From a virus (taxonomy: Duplodnaviria; Caudoviricetes), in the IMG/VR virus record IMGVR_UViG_3300023172_003539, positions 1 through 64,000 of that record: a DNA stretch of 64,000 nucleotides, one strand, 5' to 3'. The notes under the pieces were generated by a model, which was not told the DNA's origin, ran no database searches, and worked only from the letters and a program-made list of their open reading frames with translations. Positions 9,256 through 18,926 of this stretch are shown here, piece by piece. A program made the translations under genes and the position numbers. Position 1 is the stretch's first letter; each line of letters starts with the position of its first letter.

Positions 9256-9616
9256 AATTATCACAGTACTATTGATAGGTTTATTGCTGACTGGTTGTTC
9301 TATAGGTGAAAAACGTTTGAAAGTGTTCACACTGGAAGAACCCAGAGCCAAACTAAATCTCGAAGTACCAACGCCGCTCACCATGGAAAAGATTCGTTGG
9401 ATCATCATCACATCTGAAAATGCTCAAGAAGTGTTTGCCAAACTGGAAGCAGAAGGCATAGATCCTGTGCTGTTTGGGTTAACAGACAAAGACTACCAAG
9501 TGATAGCAAGAAACTTTGCCCAAATACGAGCAAAACTAAAAGAATCAAACGCAATCCTAGAGAAATACAAAGAGTATTACGAACAAGATACCAAGGATCT
9601 CACTCCAGAAAAATAA
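9248..9616 (+). CDS. Putative outer-membrane lipoprotein spanin (Rz1-like)
   Basis: Signal peptide with lipobox LLTGC; lysis-cassette context. Confidence 0.65.
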   Translation: MNKIITVLLIGLLLTGCSIGEKRLKVFTLEEPRAKLNLEVPTPLTMEKIRWIIITSENAQEVFAKLEAEGIDPVLFGLTDKDYQVIARNFAQIRAKLKESNAILEKYKEYYEQDTKDLTPEK

Positions 9617-9658
9617 CAGTAGATTTGGTAAATACACATACTAAATTTAAGGAGATCT

Positions 9659-10243
9659 ATGGAATTTATTATCGCATTAGCAATGAAATTTTGGCAATGG
9701 ACTGTGCTGATAGCAGTGGTTATTGTTGCCGCAATCATCAACAAGTTTGATAAAAAAGCAAAAACAAATTTAAAATTTTCATACAACGAATTACCACACT
9801 TACAACCTTTAAGAATACCTACAAAAGACAAAGGGTTCTGGGGAGCAATCATCATGTGGTTGTTGTCAACACGTAATTGGGAAATCACAAAAGACTGGCA
9901 CTACAATATCGACGGAAAAGACTATGTGATCCCAGCAGGATTCACATTTGACGGAGCCAGCATACCAAAATTCATGAGAACATTTTTCTCACCAGTGGGC
10001 GTACTACTAGTGGGAGGATTGGTACACGACTACGCATACAAGTACAAGACACTTTTAGAAAAAGATAAAAAAACCACAATGGGCGAACTAACACAGAAGA
10101 GAGCGGACGAGATCTTCAGAGATATCAACTGTAATGTGAATGGCTTTTATACCATGAACTATCTTGCTTATTGGTCATTGAGGATCGGCGGTTTTGTTGC
10201 GTGGAACGGTCATAGAAAAAGAAACGCAAAGATAGGGGATTAA
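9659..10243 (+). CDS. DUF1353-like protein with N-terminal TM helix
   Basis: IPAGFTFDGASIP...LVHDYAY...ADEIF. Confidence 0.8.
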   Translation: MEFIIALAMKFWQWTVLIAVVIVAAIINKFDKKAKTNLKFSYNELPHLQPLRIPTKDKGFWGAIIMWLLSTRNWEITKDWHYNIDGKDYVIPAGFTFDGASIPKFMRTFFSPVGVLLVGGLVHDYAYKYKTLLEKDKKTTMGELTQKRADEIFRDINCNVNGFYTMNYLAYWSLRIGGFVAWNGHRKRNAKIGD

Positions 10244-10447
10244 ATGATAAAAAATTTTAAAGATATTGTAATATTACTAATAACATCTGGTGTATTAGTG
10301 TTACTTGGAGTTATCATCATTGGTGACTATGTGGTAGCACTAGAAGAAAACAGACCAGTAGATGAAAGCGTAATTACATTAATGAAAATGTCAGTCACAG
10401 GACTTATTGGTGTTATTGGTGGTTACATTGGTGGAAGTAGAAATTAA
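10244..10447 (+). CDS. Small two-TM membrane protein (holin candidate)
   Basis: Two hydrophobic segments; lysis region. Confidence 0.6.
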   Translation: MIKNFKDIVILLITSGVLVLLGVIIIGDYVVALEENRPVDESVITLMKMSVTGLIGVIGGYIGGSRN

Positions 10448-10460
10448 ATAGGAGACTAAT

Positions 10461-10571
10461 ATGTTTTTAACAATAGGATTTATAGTTGGCTTCATCGCAG
10501 GATGGTGGGTCAATGAGAAAGTGGAAAATTTAGGTGAAAAACTTAATCCCATGAAATGGTTTAAAAAATAA
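10461..10571 (+). CDS. Small membrane peptide (36 aa), not in ORF track
   Basis: AGGAG SD; MFLTIGFIVGFIAGWWVNEKVENLGEKLNPMKWFKK. Confidence 0.6.
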   Translation: MFLTIGFIVGFIAGWWVNEKVENLGEKLNPMKWFKK

Positions 10572-10573
10572 TC

Positions 10574-10909
10574 ATGGAAGACAAAAAAATAGACAAAATA
10601 GTTGTACCTGCTGACAAAGACACAGCAACAAAAAAAGTTTCTGTGGAATTGGAAGTGGATACATCAGTTAAAGATCTAGGACCAAATCCTTTTGCCTGGG
10701 TCATTCATTTGGCAAGAGCCGTTGATGCTTGGAGAATTTTTCCAAGAATATTCATTACAACTTACATCTACCTATTATACAAAGTGGTAATTTGGTATAT
10801 GGAAATGCCAAATCCTACCATGGAACAATCGGGTTTGGTCAGTATCGTTGTAGGTGCAGGTGCGGCTTGGTTTGGTTTATATACCGGTTCTAGAGCAAAA
10901 GGCAAATAA
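10574..10909 (+). CDS. Two-TM membrane protein (holin candidate)
   Basis: DAWRIFPR..TM..PTMEQSGLVSIVVGAGAAWFGLY. Confidence 0.6.
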   Translation: MEDKKIDKIVVPADKDTATKKVSVELEVDTSVKDLGPNPFAWVIHLARAVDAWRIFPRIFITTYIYLLYKVVIWYMEMPNPTMEQSGLVSIVVGAGAAWFGLYTGSRAKGK

Positions 10910-10920
10910 TTACCACTGCG

Positions 10921-10948
10921 TTGACAAACGCAAGATCTAGTATAAAAT
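10921..10948 (+). promoter_or_regulatory. Sigma70-type promoter (dnaJ-def-clpA)
   Basis: TTGACA-N16-TAAAAT; ATG 7 nt downstream. Confidence 0.6.
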
Positions 10949-10955
10949 AATAGTA

Positions 10956-11813
10956 ATGAAGAATTATTACGACACCTTAGGTGTGAATGAAACAGCATCT
11001 GACAACGAAATCAAACAGGCATTTAGAAAACTTGCCGCAAAATATCATCCAGACAAAGGTGGCGATGAAACAAAATTTAAAGAAATCAACGAAGCCTACG
11101 ATACATTAAAAAATACTCAAAAACGTCAAGAATATGATGCTTTGAGAAAATATGGGCAACGATCTTTTGGTTCTGGAGAAGGTTTTAATTTCAATATAAA
11201 CGATATGTTTGACGAAAACATATTCCAGGAATTTTTTTCAGGATTTGGAATGAACCCAGGAAGCCACAGAAGTAGTACCAGAGTTTATAGGAATCAACCT
11301 AGACAAAATAAAAATGTCAATATAAGATTAACTCTCAGTATCAAAGAGGTGTTCCGAGCAACAGATAAAACAATCAGCGTAAGATTACCATCGGGTAGAG
11401 ACGAGATCATAAACATAAAAATACCTGCAGGTTGCCAAAATGGAGTGACTTTTAAATACAGAGGAATGGGCGATGACACAGATAAACATCTTCCACGGGG
11501 CGATCTGTTGGTCACTGTATCTATTTTAGATTCGGATGGATTCACACGTGAAGGAAATGATTTATGGACAGATAAAAATATAGGAGCATTTGACGCCATA
11601 CGAGGTTGTGATTTTAACATACGTTTACTAGACGACTCTATTAAAAGAGTCAAAGTTCCGGCCGGAACACAACCAGGGTCTGTATTACAATTAAAAGGTC
11701 TTGGAATGCCGGTGCATGAAGGATTAAATATAAAGGGTAATGTTTATATCAGAATCAGTATAACAATACCAAAATTGTCAAAAGAAGAATTGAAAAAAAT
11801 AGAGAATTTATAA
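10956..11813 (+). CDS. dnaJ: DnaJ/CbpA-type co-chaperone (no zinc finger)
   Basis: J domain NYYDTLGV...YHPDKGGD...FKEINEAY; G/F-rich linker; C-terminal IPAG/GDL/VPAGTQPG repeats. Confidence 0.92.
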   Translation: MKNYYDTLGVNETASDNEIKQAFRKLAAKYHPDKGGDETKFKEINEAYDTLKNTQKRQEYDALRKYGQRSFGSGEGFNFNINDMFDENIFQEFFSGFGMNPGSHRSSTRVYRNQPRQNKNVNIRLTLSIKEVFRATDKTISVRLPSGRDEIINIKIPAGCQNGVTFKYRGMGDDTDKHLPRGDLLVTVSILDSDGFTREGNDLWTDKNIGAFDAIRGCDFNIRLLDDSIKRVKVPAGTQPGSVLQLKGLGMPVHEGLNIKGNVYIRISITIPKLSKEELKKIENL

Positions 11814-11814
11814 A

Positions 11815-12294
11815 ATGAATATACAAGTCTATACAAATCCATATCCAACATTATACCAAATGAGTTCATCTGTGAACTTTTTCATGCCACCTATGGGATA
11901 TAACGATTGGTCGCAATTTGAAAAAGACTACTTAAATATTATGGTAAGATCAAATGGAATTGGGTTAGCGGCAAATCAAGTGGGAGTGACTCAAAGATTT
12001 TTTGGAATGGGACATTCATCATTTGACGAATTTAAAAAACCTGCTATACTGTATAATGCAAGGCTTATAAAAGCGTCCGAAGAAGTAGAAATAGGTGAAG
12101 AAGGATGTTTAAGTTTTCCGGGTGTGTATTATAATGTATACAGACCAAAACAAATTGAAGTGGAATGGCAAAATATGAAAGGTGAGATGCAAGGGGCAGA
12201 ATTATCAGGGTTAGAGGCCAGATGCTTCCAACACGAGTTAGATCATCTTAACGGAATTACATTTAACCAAGTAGCAGAGGAGAATAATACATAA
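11815..12294 (+). CDS. def: Peptide deformylase
   Basis: GIGLAANQ, EGCLS, QHELDHLNG. Confidence 0.95.
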   Translation: MNIQVYTNPYPTLYQMSSSVNFFMPPMGYNDWSQFEKDYLNIMVRSNGIGLAANQVGVTQRFFGMGHSSFDEFKKPAILYNARLIKASEEVEIGEEGCLSFPGVYYNVYRPKQIEVEWQNMKGEMQGAELSGLEARCFQHELDHLNGITFNQVAEENNT

Positions 12295-14609
12295 TGTTAG
12301 ACGCAAACGATTCGCTAGAAGATATATTTGAACGTTCAGTAGCAGAAGCAGAAAAAAGAAAACACGAGTACGTTACTATAGAACACTTATTATTGGCATT
12401 GGTAACTGACAAAGAAGTTGGTACAGTACTACACGATTTCAAAATAAATGTTGCTGGTTTGATTAGAGATATAGAAAATTATCTCGATACCAAATGTAAT
12501 GATATCATAACAAAATCACCAACTCCCGTACAACCTAGAAAAACTGCATCACTTGAGAGACTAATGAACAGAGCATTCACACAGGCTTTATTCCAAGGAA
12601 GACAAACAGTTACTTCTATAGATGTATTATTGAGTATTTTTTCGGAGAAAAAAAGTTATGGTGCATATTTCTTAAAAACTCACAAAGTCAACAAAGAAGA
12701 TCTTGCTGACTTGATTTCTGCAGAAAATATATTAGACGAGGCATCCATAGGATCGGGTGGGCCAGAACAAAGATTGAGACCAAATCAAGCAGACAAGGTT
12801 TTAAAAAACTATTGTGAGAATCTAAACCAAAAATACTTTGAGAAAAAAATAGATCCTGTTATCGGCAGAGAAGAAGAATTAGAATCACTAAAACAGATAC
12901 TTGCAAGAAGGAATAAAAACAATGTGCTTATAGTGGGCGATCCAGGAGTGGGTAAGACTGCCATCGTGGAAGGTTTGGCTAGAAGAATCGCAAAGAACAA
13001 AGCAGATGTGCCAGAATATCTAAAAGATCATATTGTGTTCAGTTTGGATGTGTCTTCAATGTTGGCGGGTTCTAAGTTCCGAGGTGATTTTGAAGAAAGA
13101 CTTAAACTGGTATTAAATGCACTAGATCAAAAAGGCAAAACAATCTTATTCGTTGATGAAGCACACATGATGGTGGGTGCCGGCACAACAGGACAAGGAG
13201 GAATGGATCTAGCAAACATGATGAAACCTGTTCTTACCAAAGGCAACATTAAAGTGATTGCTTCTACCACTTGGGAAGAATATAGAAAATTCTTCGAAAA
13301 GGATAGAGCATTGATGAGAAGGTTCCAACGGATCCAAGTTGGAGAACCTACAAATGAAACTTGCGTTAAGATTTTAAAAGGCATCAAAACATATTACGAA
13401 CAGCATCACGGATGCATTATCACAGATGAGGCCTGTGAGGATGCTGTGGAATACACACAAAAATTTGTTGCCGATAAAAAATTGCCAGACAAGGCAATAG
13501 ATATAATAGATTCTGCCTGTGCTAGATTGAGACTGAATGGAATAAAAGATGGCAAGATCGATCATGATGAAATTATACACGAAATTAGTAAACAAACTGG
13601 TATCAGCATCGAACAACTATCGCAAAAACAAGCGGTTAACTTGAAAACACTCGAAGAAAAAATGAAATTACAAGTGTTTGGGCAAGACGATGCATTGAAC
13701 ACGGTGATAGATAAAATATTAGTATCAAGGGCAGGTTTAAAATCTTTGAACAAACCTGTTGGTTCTTTTTTATTCTTAGGCCCCACAGGATGTGGTAAAA
13801 CAGAGACCGCGAGACAACTGGCAAAAACACTTGGTACCGAATTGATTAGATTCGACATGTCGGAATATCAAGAGAAACATTCTATATCTAAATTGATTGG
13901 CTCTCCTCCTGGATATGTGGGTTACGAAGACTCTAATATGGGTGGAGGAATACTGATCAATGAGATTGAAAAAAATCCACACGCAGTGGTCCTATTTGAC
14001 GAGATAGAAAAAGCACATAGAGATGTATCAAATATGTTGTTACAAGTCATGGATTACGGTACTGTTACAGGATCCAACGGTAAGAAAGCAGATGCTAGAA
14101 ACATTATACTAATCCTGACCTCAAACCTTGGTGCTGAAGAAATGGAAAAAGCAAGTATAGGTTTTGGCGAAGTTGAAAAAACTGCCGACGAAGACGAAAC
14201 TAAAAAATTCTTTGCTCCTGAATTTAGAAATAGATTAGATGCTATTGTTAAATTTAAAAAACTTCCAAAAGAAGTGATGACCAAAATTGTCAACAAGTTC
14301 TTGTTGGAATTGAACAGTATGACTATTGAAAAGAATGTGGAAGTAAATGCCACACCGGAAGCAATAGAATACCTAATTAAAAAAGGGTTTAATGACAAGT
14401 TGGGGGCGAGACCTTTACAGAGAATCATCGACAATGAGATTAAAAAACCTTTGTCTAAAATGATATTGTTTGGAGATTTATCGAAGGGCGGTAGAGTTGA
14501 AGTGACACTTTCTGAAGACATGATTCCAAAACTTGAAATAAATTTCAAAGCAGTAGAAGTGTTATCGCAATTTAAACCTAAAACTGAAGATGCGAAAACA
14601 TCCAAATAA
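12294..14609 (+). CDS. clpA: ATP-dependent Clp protease ATP-binding subunit ClpA
   Basis: Clp N-domain HEYVTIEHLLLAL; two AAA+ modules (GDPGVGKT, GPTGCGKT); IGF ClpP-docking loop; GARPL; no ClpB M-domain. Confidence 0.93.
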   Translation: MLDANDSLEDIFERSVAEAEKRKHEYVTIEHLLLALVTDKEVGTVLHDFKINVAGLIRDIENYLDTKCNDIITKSPTPVQPRKTASLERLMNRAFTQALFQGRQTVTSIDVLLSIFSEKKSYGAYFLKTHKVNKEDLADLISAENILDEASIGSGGPEQRLRPNQADKVLKNYCENLNQKYFEKKIDPVIGREEELESLKQILARRNKNNVLIVGDPGVGKTAIVEGLARRIAKNKADVPEYLKDHIVFSLDVSSMLAGSKFRGDFEERLKLVLNALDQKGKTILFVDEAHMMVGAGTTGQGGMDLANMMKPVLTKGNIKVIASTTWEEYRKFFEKDRALMRRFQRIQVGEPTNETCVKILKGIKTYYEQHHGCIITDEACEDAVEYTQKFVADKKLPDKAIDIIDSACARLRLNGIKDGKIDHDEIIHEISKQTGISIEQLSQKQAVNLKTLEEKMKLQVFGQDDALNTVIDKILVSRAGLKSLNKPVGSFLFLGPTGCGKTETARQLAKTLGTELIRFDMSEYQEKHSISKLIGSPPGYVGYEDSNMGGGILINEIEKNPHAVVLFDEIEKAHRDVSNMLLQVMDYGTVTGSNGKKADARNIILILTSNLGAEEMEKASIGFGEVEKTADEDETKKFFAPEFRNRLDAIVKFKKLPKEVMTKIVNKFLLELNSMTIEKNVEVNATPEAIEYLIKKGFNDKLGARPLQRIIDNEIKKPLSKMILFGDLSKGGRVEVTLSEDMIPKLEINFKAVEVLSQFKPKTEDAKTSK

Positions 14610-15285
14610 ATTATTTTTCAACAAGTATACTCACAAAGCGTCGTTTAAAACACCGTTCGCCGGATGGATGTATCCTACCACAGACGAACATCTAAGAAAA
14701 ATTGTTACGGATCCTTTTGTTTTTTCTGAAAAAAGTTATCTATACAGGAACATCATGATAGATAAAAAACAAAAAGAACATTTGCGTAGATTGGCAAGTT
14801 TTATTCTCACAAATAGGAACAATATTAAATTTAGACTACAAACATCTGTGTCTTATTTCTATGGTTCTTCGTCTGTTATTAGAGATCTAATATTAGAATT
14901 TTGGGATCATTGGTTCGATATAAAATCCGTAGATAAAAAATATCTCGATCAAGTAGATAAAAATACTATACTGTGTACTAGATTACCACATAAAAAATAT
15001 CAATATCAAGTTCATTTAAAAAAATTTGCTCATCTCAATATGAGTAAAACAAAAAGAGAACAACTGGCATCTTATCTTTTTAGAAGCAAAGACAACACGT
15101 ATGTTTCCGGTAAACATCTCAAAATGTGGTTAATGGGCGACAGTGATTATTCCGAAGGATATTTTTATGTCAAGGATGAAAAATGTTTGACTCCGGTATA
15201 CATGATTGCACAAGAATCAATTGACAAAATAATAAAGTTTGTTACTATTAATAGAAATGACAGAAATAATACAAAAACTAATTGA
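14590..15285 (+). CDS. Hypothetical protein
   Basis: 231-aa ORF, operon-like overlap. Confidence 0.7.
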   Translation: MRKHPNKLFFNKYTHKASFKTPFAGWMYPTTDEHLRKIVTDPFVFSEKSYLYRNIMIDKKQKEHLRRLASFILTNRNNIKFRLQTSVSYFYGSSSVIRDLILEFWDHWFDIKSVDKKYLDQVDKNTILCTRLPHKKYQYQVHLKKFAHLNMSKTKREQLASYLFRSKDNTYVSGKHLKMWLMGDSDYSEGYFYVKDEKCLTPVYMIAQESIDKIIKFVTINRNDRNNTKTN

Positions 15286-15565
15286 TCGTAAAATATTTAA
15301 AGAAGGAACAATGATCGATGCTCCTATATCTAAGATGCAATTTGCTTCTCCGATTGTTTTAAATAAAACTTTAAGAATAAAAGAACTAAAAAAAGATTAT
15401 TGTATCGCAGACGAGGAGTTTGAGATTGAAGCAGAAGTTCCTTACAGAAAAATTTATTATAAAAATATTACAAAAGTAGACGGTATGGATCCAGAAGAAC
15501 TGGCCGCGGTGTATGGTCTTGTTCCCAAGACACCAAGATTCAAAAGAAAAGATCTCGATAAATAA
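15257..15565 (+). CDS. Hypothetical protein
   Basis: Likely start at MTEIIQ; C-terminal VDGMDPEELAAVYGL. Confidence 0.65.
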   Translation: MTEIIQKLIDRKIFKEGTMIDAPISKMQFASPIVLNKTLRIKELKKDYCIADEEFEIEAEVPYRKIYYKNITKVDGMDPEELAAVYGLVPKTPRFKRKDLDK

Positions 15566-15570
15566 TCGTA

Positions 15571-16146
15571 ATGGCACATACAAGTACAACTATATCACCA
15601 CAAAAAACTTTTGTATCGGCGATCACTGTTACCGAAGGTTGTAGATTCACGGCCGCAGACAAAAGAATAAGTGCCGCAACAACAAACTTATCAACTTTAT
15701 CTGTGAGAGATTTAATCACAATTTCAGGAACAAGCAACAACAATGGTAACTTCACAGTTGCTAGTGTCAATTCAGATGGAACTTATATCACAGTTGAAGA
15801 AACAGTTGTTGATGAACTATCAGATGGTTCAACAGATACCGTGATAACATACACAGGATTTGTCACAGACAAATACAAAGGTGATGGTTACTATTCAAAA
15901 TCCGATGGTGTACACACAGCAACATATCACGTACATACATCCTTGTATGGAAAAATTATCATGCAGGGTTCTCTAGCCACAACACCAACCGAAAATGATT
16001 GGTTCAATATTGACTCTACAGCATTCACGGCAGACCAAAGTACAGCAACAGTGGCAAATACATTTACAGGCAATTTTGTCTGGATAAGAGCCAGAGTATA
16101 TGACGTGACAGCCGGTGATATTACCAAAATATTATATAACAATTAA
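15571..16146 (+). CDS. Putative virion structural protein
   Basis: TAAATA 6 nt upstream; Thr-rich beta protein ending FTGNFVWIRA. Confidence 0.6.
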   Translation: MAHTSTTISPQKTFVSAITVTEGCRFTAADKRISAATTNLSTLSVRDLITISGTSNNNGNFTVASVNSDGTYITVEETVVDELSDGSTDTVITYTGFVTDKYKGDGYYSKSDGVHTATYHVHTSLYGKIIMQGSLATTPTENDWFNIDSTAFTADQSTATVANTFTGNFVWIRARVYDVTAGDITKILYNN

Positions 16147-16153
16147 GCCACGG

Positions 16154-16181
16154 TTGACAAAACATTAATATCTTATATACT
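16154..16181 (+). promoter_or_regulatory. Sigma70-type promoter
   Basis: TTGACA-N16-TATACT; ATG 6 nt downstream. Confidence 0.6.
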
Positions 16182-16187
16182 GTAAGT

Positions 16188-16361
16188 ATGAATGATAATA
16201 ATTTAGAATACGAGTATGTGCGTGTAACCCCAGAATCAATGGATGCTCACGTGCAATGTTTAAAAGAAAACGGTTATAACATAAACAAAACATTTACCCT
16301 TTTTTCAAAATATATTTTTGCGTTTTTACTGGGTGGATATTTAATTAAATTAATCAGTTAA
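16188..16361 (+). CDS. Small membrane protein (57 aa), not in ORF track
   Basis: ATG just after promoter; C-terminal hydrophobic helix; TAATG coupling to next gene. Confidence 0.55.
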   Translation: MNDNNLEYEYVRVTPESMDAHVQCLKENGYNINKTFTLFSKYIFAFLLGGYLIKLIS

Positions 16362-16555
16362 TGGACACAGTTGAAATACTTTGTTTGAACAACGACAAAA
16401 GCAAACCAGCAGAGGTTTTGTCCAAGTCGGACAAATACATGAAAGTCGTTTTACAAGGTACTCAGATAACAATAGAACTTTCTAGAACGGACTTAAATAA
16501 ACCATACGTAGGAAGAACAGCAGGATTGGAGTTTTCATACAATGAGCAAAGATAA
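16361..16555 (+). CDS. Hypothetical protein
   Basis: 64-aa ORF, coupled start/stop. Confidence 0.65.
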   Translation: MDTVEILCLNNDKSKPAEVLSKSDKYMKVVLQGTQITIELSRTDLNKPYVGRTAGLEFSYNEQR

Positions 16556-17012
16556 TATAAAATTTTTAGTCACTTTAAATTCAGAATATTGGGATCAACC
16601 ACCGTCAGCAGAATTTCGTATCAATGGTAAAACAGTTTGGGGACCTCAAGAAATTAAAGAAAAAACTGTTGCAGAGTTTGATGTTGATTTTGAAGACGAA
16701 AACGAGTATGTTTTTGAAATGATCAGATCAGGTAAAACTGACAAACAGGTAAAGATAGAGAACAATCAGATAGTCAAAGATCAATTGCTTTCAATTGAGA
16801 ATCTGAACATTGATAATGTTGACTTAGGAAACCTTATATATGAGATAGATTTTTATCCGGAGTATCCAGAAATATGGTATAATCAACAGAAAGAAGAGGG
16901 GAATACACCACAGTCTCCGTTGCGAAATATAACATCGTTTGGTTGGAACGGCACCTGGAAAATAAAATTAACTTCACCCTTCTACCTATGGCTGTTAGAG
17001 AACTTGTATTAG
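16542..17012 (+). CDS. Hypothetical beta-sandwich-like protein
   Basis: 156-aa ORF with GGAG SD. Confidence 0.7.
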   Translation: MSKDNIKFLVTLNSEYWDQPPSAEFRINGKTVWGPQEIKEKTVAEFDVDFEDENEYVFEMIRSGKTDKQVKIENNQIVKDQLLSIENLNIDNVDLGNLIYEIDFYPEYPEIWYNQQKEEGNTPQSPLRNITSFGWNGTWKIKLTSPFYLWLLENLY

Positions 17013-17025
17013 CATAAATACAGGT

Positions 17026-17385
17026 ATGCGAGCAAACCAGTTCATAAAAGAAGAGCATATAGACTCAAATGCAGTTCGAGAATTAGAATTATTCATAATG
17101 AATAATGAGGATCTTTATCGTAGAAGATTCATGCCTATCATACACAACCTAAAAAAGAAGATCTCAAAAAACATATATGACCATGAAAAAGCCAAAACAT
17201 TATGGATGTATTTGATCAATGATGCGGCCAAAGAATATGTAAAAGAATACGGTAACCCCGACGAGGATGTAAAAGATCTTTTCCCCAAAGAAGTCAGAAG
17301 TCGTATTGCAGAAATCATAGCAGATAGAGAATTAGAAAATATTAAACAAGGCGAATACGATGCTACTCAAGGAAATATTTCTTAA
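17026..17385 (+). CDS. Hypothetical protein (candidate head-internal protein)
   Basis: TAAATA 5 nt upstream; N-terminus MRANQFIKEE. Confidence 0.7.
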   Translation: MRANQFIKEEHIDSNAVRELELFIMNNEDLYRRRFMPIIHNLKKKISKNIYDHEKAKTLWMYLINDAAKEYVKEYGNPDEDVKDLFPKEVRSRIAEIIADRELENIKQGEYDATQGNIS

Positions 17386-18553
17386 GGAAGACGATCAATC
17401 AAGTGCCGTATTTGCATTTGGTCGATTCAATCCTCCCACAAAAGGTCACGAAAAATTAATACAAAAGGTTAGATCTGTTGCACAGAAAATGGATGCAAAA
17501 CCATATCTTTTCGTAACACATTCAGTAGATAAAAAAAATCCTCTTTCACATCAAGAAAAAGTTGCTTACATGAAAAGCACAGGACGATTTGATGACATAG
17601 AAATAGGATTCAATGATGTTAAAACCATTGTCCAAGCATTACAAAAGTTAATGAACGAAGGTCGTACTAGAGTTGTCATAGTAGCGGGTTCCGATAGAGT
17701 AGATTATTTCAAAAACTTCCTTAACCAATATAATAAGAAAAACGATAAAGCAGGCAATCTTGTTTTTGATTTTGATTACGTTGATGCTGTGAGCTCAGGA
17801 GAAAGAGATCCCGATGCTGAAGGAGTTACTGGATTTAGTGCATCACAGGCTCGTGAATATGCGGCCAATAACGATTTTGAAAACTTTATAAAAGTTGCAA
17901 TGGACAATGACAATAACACTATTAGAAAACTTTTTACCAAAGTTCAAAGCAAGGTTGGAAAGACGGTTGCAATAAACAACGAAAAGTTGTATAATGAAGA
18001 CGATATGCCAAAATCAAAACCAATAATATATCTGGATATGGACGGTGTGATCGCAGACTTCTTCGGTGGAGTTGAAAAAATGTTTGGAGTAAATCACTGG
18101 AAAGAGCTCACGAGCAAACTGTCTGGTGGAGAGTTAAAACAAGAAGTGATCGATAAAATTACCGGATCGGATTTTTTTGCTACACTACCAAAATTTCCAA
18201 CTGCCGACTCGTTAATTCAACTGATTAAAAGTGCTACAGATGGAAAATTTTCCATACTCACATCACCATTGATAGGTGATCATGAAAACTCGGCTACTCA
18301 GAAAAAAATTTGGATTAGTAAAAACATAGAAAAGCCTGAAGAAGTGATTGTGTCCGGAAGAAAAGAAAAATGGGCAAAACAAAAAGATGGCACGCCAAAT
18401 ATACTGATCGACGACAGACCAGTCAATATCGAAAGATGGAAAGCAAAAGGCGGCTTTGGAATATTGTATCAAGCAAACAGAGACAGCATAATTAAAGTAC
18501 AACAAGAACTCAACAGATATGGAGAAGAAAATGAAGCATCAAGGAATCAATAG
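17360..18553 (+). CDS. Fusion: HIGH-type cytidyltransferase-like domain + HAD 5'(3')-deoxyribonucleotidase-like domain
   Basis: FGRFNPPTKGHEKL, VAGSDR, SASQAR; then YLDMDGVIADF, LTSP, LIDD. Confidence 0.85.
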   Translation: MLLKEIFLKEDDQSSAVFAFGRFNPPTKGHEKLIQKVRSVAQKMDAKPYLFVTHSVDKKNPLSHQEKVAYMKSTGRFDDIEIGFNDVKTIVQALQKLMNEGRTRVVIVAGSDRVDYFKNFLNQYNKKNDKAGNLVFDFDYVDAVSSGERDPDAEGVTGFSASQAREYAANNDFENFIKVAMDNDNNTIRKLFTKVQSKVGKTVAINNEKLYNEDDMPKSKPIIYLDMDGVIADFFGGVEKMFGVNHWKELTSKLSGGELKQEVIDKITGSDFFATLPKFPTADSLIQLIKSATDGKFSILTSPLIGDHENSATQKKIWISKNIEKPEEVIVSGRKEKWAKQKDGTPNILIDDRPVNIERWKAKGGFGILYQANRDSIIKVQQELNRYGEENEASRNQ

Positions 18554-18707
18554 GAATTATTCTGCCGATTACACAGAAAAAACACCACAAGAAAAACAAA
18601 GAGAGTTGGACGAGTTAATGAAAAAATTTTTAGAAAAAGGCGGTAAAGTAGAAAAAGTCAAAGCACACAATCCAACCAAGCAACAATTAAAAGACTGGAC
18701 CATCTAA
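18519..18707 (+). CDS. Small protein resembling the SutA RNA-polymerase-binding helix
   Basis: KQRELDELMKKFLEKGGKVEKV (FLxxGGK motif). Confidence 0.55.
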   Translation: MEKKMKHQGINRNYSADYTEKTPQEKQRELDELMKKFLEKGGKVEKVKAHNPTKQQLKDWTI

Positions 18708-18712
18708 TACTC

Positions 18713-18919
18713 ATGAATATAGACGAACTAAAAAAATTAGCAGGAATTGATAATTCGTCTAATGATAATTCAATGGGTGAAAATCTATCATACGTGGGAA
18801 CGGCCAAAGCACAATACCAAAGAAAACACAATATAAAACCCGGTACTCCGGAATGGTTTAAATTATGGTTTGCACAACCAAGATTAACGGGTGAAAACCC
18901 AATGCCAAAAAATAAATAG
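18713..18919 (+). CDS. Hypothetical protein
   Basis: MNIDELKKLAGI...IKPGTPEWFKLWF. Confidence 0.7.
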   Translation: MNIDELKKLAGIDNSSNDNSMGENLSYVGTAKAQYQRKHNIKPGTPEWFKLWFAQPRLTGENPMPKNK

Positions 18920-18926
18920 TTCTACA

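Noticed and set aside
14054-14605. 183-aa minus-strand ORF
   Set aside because: Antisense shadow of clpA
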